Shown here: piece after piece, positions 14,305 through 24,000 of the stretch | How the letters are laid out: every line of letters starts with the position of its first letter | How positions within the stretch are numbered: position 1 is the stretch's first letter | NCBI RefSeq assembly: GCF_001808185.1 | Contig: NZ_CP017668.1 | Span: 1,933,648 to 1,957,647 of the forward strand | DNA from: Jeongeupia sp. USM3 | GTDB lineage: Bacteria > Pseudomonadota > Gammaproteobacteria > Burkholderiales > Chitinibacteraceae | Direction of reading: 5' to 3' | Length of the DNA stretch: 24,000 nucleotides | The notes under the pieces: generated by a model | Databases searched by the model: none | Told to the model about the DNA's origin: nothing | Seen by the model: the letters and a program-made list of their open reading frames with translations, nothing else | Program-made: the position numbers and the translations under genes

Positions 14305-15153
14305 TCAGTCGCCGTAACCGGCCATCGCCTCGCCGAGACGAACTGCCGCGGCCGGCGTCCAGCCCGGCGCAAACCGCGGTGCCGGTTGCGGGAACAGCAG
14401 CACGACGGTCGAGCCGAGCAGGAAGCGGCCCATTTCCTCGCCTTGCTTCAGCGTGATCTGCTGGTCGCGGTAGTCCCAGTGGCGCACGGTCTTCTCGCGC
14501 GGCGGGTTGACGACACCATGCCAGACGGTCGCCATGCTGCCGACGATGGTCGCACCGACCAGCACCAGTACGAACGGGCCGTGCTCGCCTTCGAACTCGC
14601 AAACCACGCGCTCGTTGCGGGCAAACAGCCCCGGCACATGGCGTGCGGTCGCCGGGTTGACCGAGAACAGTTCGCCCGGCACGTAGATCATCTGCAGCAG
14701 CCGGCCGTCGCACGGCATGTGGATGCGGTGGTAATCCTTCGGGCTCAGGTAAATCGTCGCAAAACTGCCGTTGTCGTAACGGCTGGCCAGTTCGGCATCG
14801 CCACCGACCAGGGCCGTCGTCGAATAGCGGTGGCCCTTGGCCTGGAAGATCTGATCGTGCGCGATCGCACCGCACTGGCTGATCGCACCGTCAACCGGGC
14901 AGACCAGCGGCGAGCTCGCCAGCGGGCGGGCGCCGGGCTTGAGCGCGCGGGTGAAGAAATCGTTGAAACTGGCGTAGCTCGCGATGTCCGGATTGGCCGC
15001 CTCGGCCATGTTCACACCATACTTGGCGACGAAGCGGCGGACGATCCACGTCGTCACCTTGCCACGTGCAGGCTGCGCCACCCAGCCGGCAAATACGGTC
15101 AGCGCCAGCTTGGGCACGGCATACTGCAGCAGGACTTTCAGGCGTTCGGGCAC
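14305..15153 (-). CDS. psd: phosphatidylserine decarboxylase proenzyme
   Basis: 282 aa with a GTG start. N-terminus LKVLLQYAVPKLALTVFAGW is like E. coli Psd, it has a FNDFFTR motif, and the self-cleavage LGSTVV motif is near the C-terminus. Confidence 0.93.
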   Translation of the reverse strand: MPERLKVLLQYAVPKLALTVFAGWVAQPARGKVTTWIVRRFVAKYGVNMAEAANPDIASYASFNDFFTRALKPGARPLASSPLVCPVDGAISQCGAIAHDQIFQAKGHRYSTTALVGGDAELASRYDNGSFATIYLSPKDYHRIHMPCDGRLLQMIYVPGELFSVNPATARHVPGLFARNERVVCEFEGEHGPFVLVLVGATIVGSMATVWHGVVNPPREKTVRHWDYRDQQITLKQGEEMGRFLLGSTVVLLFPQPAPRFAPGWTPAAAVRLGEAMAGYGD

Positions 15154-15294
15154 GCGGCGCTCCGGTTCTCGTCAAACCGGCGATTGTAACGCAAGTGCCG
15201 AACCGCCTGCGCCCTCGCCCGAGGAGCGCGACCGTATTAAACTCTGCCTGTTGCACCCTTCACCGGCGGCCCCCCGCCACGAACCGAGAACACC

Positions 15295-16059
15295 ATGACC
15301 TTGAACACCAAGAGCCCGATGAACCTGCGCCGCCAGAGCATTTACCTGCTGCCCAACCTGTTCACGCTGGGTGCGCTGTTCGCCGGTTTCTACGCCATCG
15401 TCCAGGCCATGAACAACCGCTTCGAGCATGCCGCGGTGGCGATTTTCGTCGCGATGATCCTCGACGGCCTCGACGGCCGCGTTGCCCGGCTGACGCACAC
15501 GCAATCGGAGTTCGGCGCCCAGCTCGACAGCCTCTCGGACATGGTCAGTTTCGGCGTTGCGCCGGCGCTGGTCGCCTATGAATGGATGCTCAAGGACTAC
15601 GGCAAGACCGGCTGGATCATCGCCTTCGTCTACTGCGCGTGCGCGGCGCTGCGGCTGGCGCGCTTCAACGTCAATATCGGTGTCGTCGACAAGCGCTGGT
15701 TCCAGGGGCTCGCCAGCCCGGCCGCCGCCGGCATCGTCGCCGGCCTGGTCTGGAACGTGCACGAGTTCGCCGACGAGATCGAGCCCTTGACCCATCTGCT
15801 GCCGCTGGTCGCCATGGCGTTCACCCTGTTCGCAGGGCTGTCGATGGTCGTGAACGTGCGGTTCTGGAGCTTCAAGGAATTCAACGTCCGCAAGACGGTG
15901 CCGTTCTACGCGATGCTGATCATGGTGCTGGTGCTGATCGTGCTCGCCGCCAAGCCTGCGCTGGCACTGTTCCTGTTCTTTGTCGGCTATGGCGTCTCCG
16001 GTTACCTGTACTGGCTGTGGCAGTTGCTGCGGCGGAACAAGCTGCAAGCGCCACAATAG
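15295..16059 (+). CDS. pssA: CDP-diacylglycerol--serine O-phosphatidyltransferase
   Basis: 254 aa. CDP-alcohol phosphatidyltransferase motif DGLDGRVARLTHTQSEFGAQLDSLSD, multiple TM segments, and a divergent arrangement with psd. Confidence 0.92.
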   Translation: MTLNTKSPMNLRRQSIYLLPNLFTLGALFAGFYAIVQAMNNRFEHAAVAIFVAMILDGLDGRVARLTHTQSEFGAQLDSLSDMVSFGVAPALVAYEWMLKDYGKTGWIIAFVYCACAALRLARFNVNIGVVDKRWFQGLASPAAAGIVAGLVWNVHEFADEIEPLTHLLPLVAMAFTLFAGLSMVVNVRFWSFKEFNVRKTVPFYAMLIMVLVLIVLAAKPALALFLFFVGYGVSGYLYWLWQLLRRNKLQAPQ

Positions 16060-16085
16060 ACACAATGTCCAACACACTTCTGGAG

Positions 16086-16111
16086 AGCGCCCTTCTGGGC
16101 GCTTTTCTTTT
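16086..16111 (+). terminator. rho-independent terminator after pssA
   Basis: AGCGCCC-TTCT-GGGCGCT stem followed by TTTCTTTT. Confidence 0.75.
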
Positions 16112-16130
16112 GCCCAACCCCGGAAATTGT

Positions 16131-16159
16131 TTGACACAACGTCAAATAAATCGTAATTT
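16131..16159 (+). promoter_or_regulatory. candidate sigma-70 promoter upstream of leuA region
   Basis: TTGACA (perfect -35) - 17 nt - TAATTT (3/6 match to the -10 consensus). It lies between the pssA terminator and the GAGGAGA SD at 16174. Confidence 0.4.
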
Positions 16160-16185
16160 GGCAACTCGAACCTGAGGAGAACAGC

Positions 16186-16437
16186 GTGCAATTGGACATC
16201 GAACGTCTAATCGCCGAATTCGGCGGCCCCGGTCCGCTGGCGGAGGCGCTCAATACCGCCTTTCCGGACGACCCGGTGTCACGCGCAGCGATCTACAAGT
16301 GGCGCGAACGCGGCACGCTGCCGCTCTCCCAGCTCAACAAGCTCGCGCAAATCGCGGCCAGCCGCGGGCACCAATTCAATATCCAGTCTTATCTGGCCGG
16401 CACGCAGCCGGCGTCGATCACTTGGGGAGAACCGGCA
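16186..16437 (+). CDS. 84-codon Cro/YdaS-like HTH segment, in frame with and not separated by a stop from leuA
   Basis: GTG 16186 sits 5 nt after GAGGAGA. Third positions are GC-biased like real genes. The sequence [45 protein letters not shown] resembles Cro/YdaS-type HTH proteins. It is unclear whether it is translated as an N-terminal extension of LeuA. Confidence 0.4.
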
Positions 16438-17976
16438 ATGGGCGAGCGCTTGTACATTTTCGACACGACCTTGCGCGACGGCGAGCAGTCGCCCGGCGCG
16501 TCGATGACGCGGGAAGAAAAGATCCGCGTCGCCCGCCAGCTGGAAAAACTCGGTGTCGACATCATCGAGGCCGGCTTCGCCGCCGCCAGCCCCGGCGACG
16601 CCGAATCGATCCGTGCGATTGCCGAGGCCGTGAAGGAGTCGACCGTCTGTTCGCTGGCCCGCGCGAACGAGCGTGATGTGCGCGCCGCCGGCGAAGCCAT
16701 CCGCCCCGCCGCCAAGGGCCGCATCCATACCTTCATCGCGACCAGCCCGATCCATATGGAGAAGAAGCTGCGGATGAGCCCGGACGAGGTCGTCGCCGCA
16801 GCGGTCAAGGCGGTGAAGATCGCCGGCGAATACACCGCCGACATCGAATTCTCGGCCGAGGACGCACTGCGCTCGGACATCGACTTCCTCGCGCGCATTT
16901 TCGGCGAAGTGATCAAGGCCGGCGCCAGAACGATCAACGTCCCCGACACCGTCGGCTACGCCGTGCCGCAGCTGACCGAGCGTTTCTTCCGCGAGCTGAT
17001 CGCCAAGACGCCGGGCGGCGACAGCGTGATCTGGTCAGCGCACTGCCACGACGACCTCGGCATGGCCGTCGCCAACTCGCTCGCCGCGGTGATGGGCGGC
17101 GCACGCCAGGTCGAGTGCACGATCAACGGCCTCGGCGAGCGCGCCGGCAACGCCAGCCTCGAAGAAATCGTCATGGCGGTGAAGACGCGCCACGACATCT
17201 TCGGCGTCGAAACCCGCGTCGACGCCACGCAGATCGTCCCGACCAGCAAGCTCGTCTCGACCGTGACCGGCTACCCGGTGCAGCCGAACAAGGCCATCGT
17301 CGGCGCCAACGCGTTCTCGCACGAATCGGGCATCCATCAGGACGGCGTGCTCAAGCACCGCGAAACCTACGAGATCATGAGCGCCGAATCGGTCGGCTGG
17401 GCGACCAACCGGCTGACGCTGGGCAAGCTCTCGGGCCGCAACGCCTTCAAGACCAAGTTGGGCGAGCTCGGCATCGTGCTCGACAGCGAGGAAGCGCTGA
17501 ACGCCGCCTTCGCCCGCTTCAAGGTGCTGGCCGACAAGAAGCGCGAGATCTTCGACGAAGACCTGCACGCACTGGTGTCGGACGAGCTGATTTCGATCGA
17601 GCAGGAGACCTACCGGCTGACGTCGCTGAAGGTCGTGTCGGAAACCGGCGAGACGCCGGTGGCGAATCTGGTGATGACCGAAGCCGGTCAGGAACGCCGC
17701 GCCGACGCCGAAGGCGACGGTCCGGTCGATGCGGTGTTCAAGGCGATCGAATCGCTGGTGGGCACCGGCGCCGAACTGCAGCTGTACTCGGTCAACGCCA
17801 TTACCCAGGGCACCGACAGCCAGGGCGAGGTGACCGTGCGCCTGAGCCGCGACGGCCGCATCGTCAACGGTCAGGGCGCCGATACCGACATCCTCGTTGC
17901 CAGCGCCAAGGCATACATCTCGGCGGCCAACAAGCTGGCCAGCAAGACCGAACGGACCCATCCGCAACCGGTGTAA
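16438..17976 (+). CDS. leuA: 2-isopropylmalate synthase
   Basis: The canonical N-terminus [23 protein letters not shown] starts at ATG 16438 with a GGGGAGA SD 7 nt upstream, giving a typical 512 aa. HxH motif region ([18 protein letters not shown]) and a C-terminal LeuA dimerisation/regulatory domain are present. The track ORF extends upstream to 16186. Confidence 0.93.
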   Translation: MGERLYIFDTTLRDGEQSPGASMTREEKIRVARQLEKLGVDIIEAGFAAASPGDAESIRAIAEAVKESTVCSLARANERDVRAAGEAIRPAAKGRIHTFIATSPIHMEKKLRMSPDEVVAAAVKAVKIAGEYTADIEFSAEDALRSDIDFLARIFGEVIKAGARTINVPDTVGYAVPQLTERFFRELIAKTPGGDSVIWSAHCHDDLGMAVANSLAAVMGGARQVECTINGLGERAGNASLEEIVMAVKTRHDIFGVETRVDATQIVPTSKLVSTVTGYPVQPNKAIVGANAFSHESGIHQDGVLKHRETYEIMSAESVGWATNRLTLGKLSGRNAFKTKLGELGIVLDSEEALNAAFARFKVLADKKREIFDEDLHALVSDELISIEQETYRLTSLKVVSETGETPVANLVMTEAGQERRADAEGDGPVDAVFKAIESLVGTGAELQLYSVNAITQGTDSQGEVTVRLSRDGRIVNGQGADTDILVASAKAYISAANKLASKTERTHPQPV

Positions 17977-18308
17977 CCCTCATTCCGGACCGGCGCCACG
18001 CTGGGACGGCTGTGAAGCCGGTTCGGACATGCAATAAGAAACAGGCCAAATACTGCGCCGGAAACCGGCTTGCCCACGAGGCGAGTCCGGCGGGCTTCCC
18101 ACCACGAAGCCCGATCCGCCCGCAAGCGCAAGCCACAAGCTTGCCGTTTGACGAGGCGCCCGGCCGCTTCTTTTCTTATCTCCCAAAACGGCAAGAAAGC
18201 GAAACCGTGCCGGCAAGGCCCCCTTGGGGTCCGAAGCGTCCTGCAGGGGCTTCCTACGGTCGCAACAGCACAGGCAAGTAGGCAGCGAGCGCGGCCAACA
18301 GGACTTGC

Positions 18309-19306
<998 letters not shown>

Positions 19307-19338
19307 TTATAAAGCGATTGAAACCCTGACTCCGATCG

Positions 19339-20535
19339 ATGCGTCGACCTTTTCCGCGCCTGAATGAACTGACCGACTGGCGACGCTTGTCGGGTTTTGC
19401 CCGCTTCGTTGCCCAGCGCCTCGTCGCCGACCGCTGCATGCAGACCGCCGGCAGCCTCGCGTATACGACGATGCTGGCGATCGTGCCGCTGTTCACGATC
19501 GCGCTGACGCTGTTCTCGGCCTTCCCGATGTTCAGCGCCTACAGCGGGCGATTCCGGGCCTTCATCCTCTCGAATCTGGTACCCGATACCGGCGGCCGCA
19601 TCGTCGGCACCTATATGCGGCAGTTTTCCGACAATGCCGAAAAGCTCACGGCGCTCGGGATGGTCGCGCTGGCGATCACCGCGCTGCTGCTGGTGTTCAC
19701 GATCGAAAAAACGCTGAACCAGATCTGGGGCGTGCAGAAACCGCGCCGGCTGCTGTCGCGCACGCTGATCTACTGGGCGGCGCTGACCCTGGGGCCGCTG
19801 GTGCTCGGGGTCAGCCTGTCGCTGACGTCGTGGATTTCGCATGGGCTCGGCACGACCTCGCTGTTCGCGATTGCACCGGTCGCGCTGACCTTCGTCTCGC
19901 TGGCACTGCTCTACATGGCCGTGCCGAACTGCTACGTACCGCATGCGCATGCGCTGACTGCCGCCGCGGTGACAACGGTGCTGCTCGAGCTGATGAAAAA
20001 GCTGTTCGGCCTCTACATCCAGCAGTTCGGCGCGTACAAGCTGCTCTACGGCGCGTTTGCGGCGTTCCCGATCTTCCTGCTCTGGCTCTACCTGTGCTGG
20101 GTGATCGTGCTCGGCGGTGCGGTCCTGTCGGCATCGCTGTCGTACTGGCACGGCGACGGCTGGCGCTGGGGCCGGCACCACGGCACGCGCTTCGAACAGG
20201 CGGTGCGCATCCTGCTGACGCTGGCGCAGGCGCACGGCAACGGCGAGGTGCTGCACATCGACGTGCTGCGCCGGCGTGTCGGCCTGGGGCTCGATGCGAC
20301 GCAGGCGCTGCTCGAACGCATGTCGCTGCGCAACTGGGTCGAGGCGAGCCGCGACGGCGAATGGCTGATCGCCGTCGCGATCGAACGGATCACCCTGCTG
20401 GAGATCTACGAACAGGTCGTCACGCCGCTGAGCGCCGACGTCGAAGCCGGGCTGGTGCCGACGGTTGCCGCAATGCGCCAGCCGCTAACGGCGACGCTCG
20501 CCGATTACATCGACACGCTGGACGAGCAGAAATGA
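19339..20535 (+). CDS. YihY/BrkB (virulence factor BrkB / RNase BN-like) family inner-membrane protein
   Basis: 398 aa. Signature AGSLAYTTMLAIVPLFTIALTLFSAFPMF, multiple TM segments, and a soluble C-terminal extension as in the long betaproteobacterial forms. Confidence 0.85.
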   Translation: MRRPFPRLNELTDWRRLSGFARFVAQRLVADRCMQTAGSLAYTTMLAIVPLFTIALTLFSAFPMFSAYSGRFRAFILSNLVPDTGGRIVGTYMRQFSDNAEKLTALGMVALAITALLLVFTIEKTLNQIWGVQKPRRLLSRTLIYWAALTLGPLVLGVSLSLTSWISHGLGTTSLFAIAPVALTFVSLALLYMAVPNCYVPHAHALTAAAVTTVLLELMKKLFGLYIQQFGAYKLLYGAFAAFPIFLLWLYLCWVIVLGGAVLSASLSYWHGDGWRWGRHHGTRFEQAVRILLTLAQAHGNGEVLHIDVLRRRVGLGLDATQALLERMSLRNWVEASRDGEWLIAVAIERITLLEIYEQVVTPLSADVEAGLVPTVAAMRQPLTATLADYIDTLDEQK

Positions 20536-20539
20536 ACAA

Positions 20540-20556
20540 GCCCCGCCGAGCGGGGC
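20540..20556. terminator. GC-rich hairpin between convergent yihY-family gene and aroB
   Basis: GCCCCGC-CGA-GCGGGGC. The T-rich flank (TTGTTCATTT) is present only on the minus strand, so it is more convincing as the aroB terminator. Confidence 0.45.
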
Positions 20557-20580
20557 CTGTCCGATCGGGCAACGGGCACC

Positions 20581-21663
20581 TCAGGCGGCGCAGCCGGCCG
20601 CCAGCGCCTGCTTGATCGTCCCGGTCGACAGCTCGCCGATGTAGGACTGGCCGAGCCTTTCGAGCAGGATGAACTTGATCTTGCCGGCGTCGACCTTCTT
20701 GTCCTGCGCCATCAGCTCGAGATAGCGCTCGGCACCGAGTGCCGGCGACACCACCGGCAGGCCGGCCTTTTCGATCAGCGTCTTGATCCGCGCCAGTTCG
20801 CCGTCATTGATCTGGCCAAGCTCGCGCGACGCCAGCGCCGCCAGCACCATGCCGGCGGCGACCGCTTCGCCGTGCAGCCAGACACCATAGCCAAGCCCCG
20901 CTTCGATCGCATGACCGAAGGTGTGGCCGAGATTCAGCAGCGCACGCTGGCCGTTTTCGCGTTCGTCGGCAGCGACGATGCGGGCCTTGTTCTGGCAGCA
21001 GCGCTCGACCAGATAACCCAGCGCATCGACATCGCGCGCCATCACCGCATCGATATTGGCCTCGAGCCATTCGAAGAACGCCAGATCGTCGATCAGGCCG
21101 TACTTGATCACCTCGGCCATGCCGGCCGAAAACTCGCGCGGCGGCAGCGTGTCGAGCGTCGCCAGATCGGCCAGCACCAGCCGCGGCTGGTAGAACGCGC
21201 CGATCATGTTCTTGCCGAGCGGATGGTTGATCGCGGTCTTGCCGCCGACCGACGAGTCGACCTGCGCCAGCAGGGTCGTCGGAATCTGGATGAAGGGCAC
21301 GCCGCGCTGGTAGACCGCGGCGGCAAAACCGGTCATGTCGCCGATCACGCCGCCACCGAGTGCGATCAGGGTGGTCTTGCGCTCGCAGCGCGCCGACAGC
21401 AGGCCGTCGAAAATCAGGTTCAGCGTTTCCCAGGTCTTGAAGCGCTCGCCGTCGGGCAGCACGATCGTATGGACCTGAACGCCGGCCGCCTCGAGTGCCG
21501 CCTGCAGCTTCGGCAGATACAGCGGTGCAACCGTTTCGTTGCTGACGATGGCCACGCGTTTTTGCGGCAGTTGTTCGACGATGGCGGCAACGTCGGCGAG
21601 CAGCTCGCGGCCGATGCGGATGTCGTAGGGCGCGTGGGCGAGTTCGACTCTGACGTTACGCAT
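20581..21663 (-). CDS. aroB: 3-dehydroquinate synthase
   Basis: 360 aa. [45 protein letters not shown] and [12 protein letters not shown] metal/NAD motifs. Overlaps aroK by 8 nt. Confidence 0.95.
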   Translation of the reverse strand: MRNVRVELAHAPYDIRIGRELLADVAAIVEQLPQKRVAIVSNETVAPLYLPKLQAALEAAGVQVHTIVLPDGERFKTWETLNLIFDGLLSARCERKTTLIALGGGVIGDMTGFAAAVYQRGVPFIQIPTTLLAQVDSSVGGKTAINHPLGKNMIGAFYQPRLVLADLATLDTLPPREFSAGMAEVIKYGLIDDLAFFEWLEANIDAVMARDVDALGYLVERCCQNKARIVAADERENGQRALLNLGHTFGHAIEAGLGYGVWLHGEAVAAGMVLAALASRELGQINDGELARIKTLIEKAGLPVVSPALGAERYLELMAQDKKVDAGKIKFILLERLGQSYIGELSTGTIKQALAAGCAA

Positions 21664-22192
21664 TGAGCTTTTTTTCCAGTTCGCGCAGCAGGCGCTGCGT
21701 CAGCGATTGGACGGTCTGGTTGCTGGTATCGATGACGAGGTCGGCGAGCTCGCGGTAGATCGGATCGCGGATCTCGAACAGCTCCTGCAGCTTCTGCTTG
21801 GGGTTTTCGGTCTGCAGCAGCGGCCGGTTCTTGTCGTGCGAAGTGCGCGCGAACAGATCGTCGACGCTGGCGCGCAGATAGATGACAAAACCGTTGCGGC
21901 GCAGGCAGTCGCGGTTGTCCGGGTTGAGTACCGCACCGCCGCCGGTCGCGAGCACGATGCCCTGCAAGGTGGTCAGTTCGGCGATCACCGCCGCCTCGCG
22001 CTTGCGGAAACCGTCCTCGCCCTCGAGCTCGAAAATCACCGGGATGCGCGCACCGCTGCGCGCGGTGATCTCGTGGTCGGAATCGTAAAACGTCTTGTCG
22101 GTCGCCCGCGCCAGCGTGCGCCCCACCGTCGTTTTGCCGGCGCCCATCAGGCCGACCAGAAAAAAATTGCCTGGCAGTTTCATGCCAGGCAT
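21656..22192 (-). CDS. aroK: shikimate kinase
   Basis: P-loop [18 protein letters not shown] and GGGAV motif. Start is either ATG 22192 or ATG 22183; neither has a clear SD. Confidence 0.92.
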   Translation of the reverse strand: MPGMKLPGNFFLVGLMGAGKTTVGRTLARATDKTFYDSDHEITARSGARIPVIFELEGEDGFRKREAAVIAELTTLQGIVLATGGGAVLNPDNRDCLRRNGFVIYLRASVDDLFARTSHDKNRPLLQTENPKQKLQELFEIRDPIYRELADLVIDTSNQTVQSLTQRLLRELEKKLNA

Positions 22193-22204
22193 TGTACCGA
22201 AACC

Positions 22205-22232
22205 CCCGCCGCAAGCCCACGGCTGCGGCGGG
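22205..22232 (-). other. stem-loop between pilQ and aroK
   Basis: CCCGCCGCA ... TGCGGCGGG 9-bp stem, with an inner GCC/GGC pair possible. Only a weak U-tract follows on the minus strand, so this may be an attenuator or processing site rather than a strong terminator. Confidence 0.35.
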
Positions 22233-22241
22233 TAGTGCGCC

Positions 22242-24000
22242 TCAGCGCAACGACAGGTTCGAATCGATGACCTTCGGCGTGATGAAGATCAGCAGTTCGC
22301 GCTTCAGGTCCTTGGTTGCGGTATTGCGGAACAGGTAGCCCAGGCCCGGGATGTCGCCAAGCAGCGGCACCTTGGTCACGTCCTTGCCGGTTTCCTGCGT
22401 ATAGATCCCGCCGATGACGACAGTACCGCCGTTCTCGACCAGCACCTTGGTCTGCACCTGCTTGGTGTCGATTGCCGGACCGGCGATCGTGTCCTGACCG
22501 CGGCTGTCCTTGTTGACCTTGACGTCCATGATCACGTTACCGTCCGGGGTGATCTGCGGCGTGACCTTCAGCGACAGCGTCGCCTTCTTGAACGACACCG
22601 AGGTCGCACCGTTCGGCGCCGTTTCGGTATACGGGATCTCCTGACCGTCCTCGATCACCGCCTCGACCTGATCGGCCGTCACCAGACGCGGGCTGGAGAT
22701 GATCTTGCCCTTGCCGTCGGCTTCGAGCGCCGACAGTTCGAGCCCGAGCAGGCCGTCGTTGCCGGCGATCAGCATCGCGATCGAACCGGCGCTGAAGCCG
22801 TTGATCGCCGCCGCCGGCAGGTTGACCGACGGGACGTTGCCGGCAATGGCGGGAATCACCGCGCCATCCGAATCCTTGACTTCCTTGGTCGTCAGTGCCC
22901 CGCCGCCGATCACGTCACCCTTCCAGCCGATGCCGTGGAACTTCACGCCGAGGTTGCGGCTGAAGCCGTCCGACGCTTCGACGATGCGCGCCTCGATCAT
23001 CACCTGCCGGACCGCGATGTCGATCTTGCCGATCAGCTCGCGGATCTGGTCGAGCTTGGACGGAATGTCCTGGATGATCAGCGTGTTGGTGCGCGGATCG
23101 ATCACGGCGCTGCCGCGCGGCGACAGGATCTTCTGCTTGTCGTCCTTGAGGATCTTCTCGAACGCCTCGGCCTTGTGGTACTTGAGGCTGAAGTATTCGG
23201 TGCGGGTCGGCTCGAGCTCGGCGATCTGCTTCTTCGATTCAAGCTCCTGCTTTTCCTTCGCCGCCAGTTCGTCGCGCGGTGCAATCCACAGCACGTTGCC
23301 GCTGCGGCGCTGGTCGAGCCCCTTGGCCTGCAGGATGATGTCGAGCGCCTGGTCCCACGGAACGTCCTTCAGCCGCAGCGTCAGGTTGCCGCTGACCGTG
23401 TCGCTGGTGATGATGTTCAGGCCGGTGAATTCGGCGATCACCTGCAGCACCGTGCGGATTTCGACGCTCTGGAAATTCAGCGACAGCTTCTCGCCCTTGT
23501 AGTTGGGCTTGAGGTTGGCGAGCTTGTTGCTGTTGCTCGTGTCGCGGACCTCGACGGTAAAGCGGTTCTCGGTCTGGTAGGCCGAATACTCCCACACGCC
23601 CTTGGGCTGGATGACCATCTTGGTCTGGTTGCCCTGGGTGTAGACATCGACCTTCTGCACCGGCGTACCGAAGTCGGCGACGTCCATGCTGCGCTCGAGG
23701 TTCTTCGGCAGCGCGGCCTTGTTGAACTCGACGACCAGCGTCTGGCCCTGCTGGCGGATGTCGATGCCGACGTTCGGGCTCGACAGGTCGACGACGACCT
23801 TGCCCTCGCCGGTGCTGCCGCGGCGGAAGTCGACATTCTGGATGCTGTCGCCGCCACTGCTGGCCTTGGCCGGTGCGAATTGCGTCGCCTTCTGCTTGGC
23901 GACCGCGCCACCCTGTGCGCCATCGACGGTCACCAGCAGGGTATTGCCGCTGGCTTCGGTCTGATATGACGCCTGCTTCTGCAGGTTCAGCACCAGCCGG
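22242..24000 (-). CDS. pilQ: type IV pilus secretin PilQ, N-terminus beyond right edge
   Basis: Secretin C-domain ([60 protein letters not shown]), upstream N0/N1-like and AMIN-like repeats, and the classic pilQ-aroK-aroB order. The frame stays open to position 24000; the track start at 23993 is only a GTG inside the ORF. Confidence 0.93.
   Translation of the reverse strand, partial: RLVLNLQKQASYQTEASGNTLLVTVDGAQGGAVAKQKATQFAPAKASSGGDSIQNVDFRRGSTGEGKVVVDLSSPNVGIDIRQQGQTLVVEFNKAALPKNLERSMDVADFGTPVQKVDVYTQGNQTKMVIQPKGVWEYSAYQTENRFTVEVRDTSNSNKLANLKPNYKGEKLSLNFQSVEIRTVLQVIAEFTGLNIITSDTVSGNLTLRLKDVPWDQALDIILQAKGLDQRRSGNVLWIAPRDELAAKEKQELESKKQIAELEPTRTEYFSLKYHKAEAFEKILKDDKQKILSPRGSAVIDPRTNTLIIQDIPSKLDQIRELIGKIDIAVRQVMIEARIVEASDGFSRNLGVKFHGIGWKGDVIGGGALTTKEVKDSDGAVIPAIAGNVPSVNLPAAAINGFSAGSIAMLIAGNDGLLGLELSALEADGKGKIISSPRLVTADQVEAVIEDGQEIPYTETAPNGATSVSFKKATLSLKVTPQITPDGNVIMDVKVNKDSRGQDTIAGPAIDTKQVQTKVLVENGGTVVIGGIYTQETGKDVTKVPLLGDIPGLGYLFRNTATKDLKRELLIFITPKVIDSNLSLR

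Noticed and set aside
16186-16437. Leucine-codon leader-peptide attenuator upstream of leuA
   Set aside because: The upstream ORF is 84 codons with only scattered Leu codons. It has no Leu run and no terminator/antiterminator pair before 16438.

Overview
GC-rich chromosomal window whose gene content and order look betaproteobacterial (inferred from synteny, not searched). Most of it is housekeeping. Left edge: an ECF sigma / DUF3619 / DUF3106 / RDD-like operon on the minus strand. Then ilvI-ilvH-ilvC, divergent psd and pssA, leuA, wrbA plus a DUF2069 gene, a YihY-family gene, and aroB-aroK-pilQ, with pilQ running off the right edge. Between ilvC and psd lies a ~9 kb accessory block: a GNAT acetyltransferase, an APC amino-acid permease, and the most interesting content of the window, a Fap-type functional-amyloid locus. 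Five co-directional secreted-protein genes (13937->10437, minus) encode a FapA-position protein, a FapB-like and a FapC-like repeat protein (GN[IL]GxNxAAGxGNQQAN repeats), a FapD-like C39 peptidase and a FapE-like protein. The expected sixth gene, the FapF-like outer-membrane channel, is not downstream. It sits on the opposite strand (7663..8991), paired with a sigma-54 enhancer-binding protein (9027..10424) that converges on the amyloid operon with a 12-bp gap. A near-consensus sigma-54 -24/-12 promoter lies 38 bp upstream of the first amyloid-operon gene. The Fap family itself is already described in Pseudomonas. What may be new here is the split layout and the dedicated sigma-54/bEBP control. 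Secondary observations: a GNRA-capped hairpin after the major subunit gene, an in-frame 84-codon Cro/YdaS-like extension on leuA with its own SD and promoter, and an ECF sigma gene lacking a conventional start codon. By eye I saw no tRNA/rRNA genes, CRISPR arrays, transposases or integrases.
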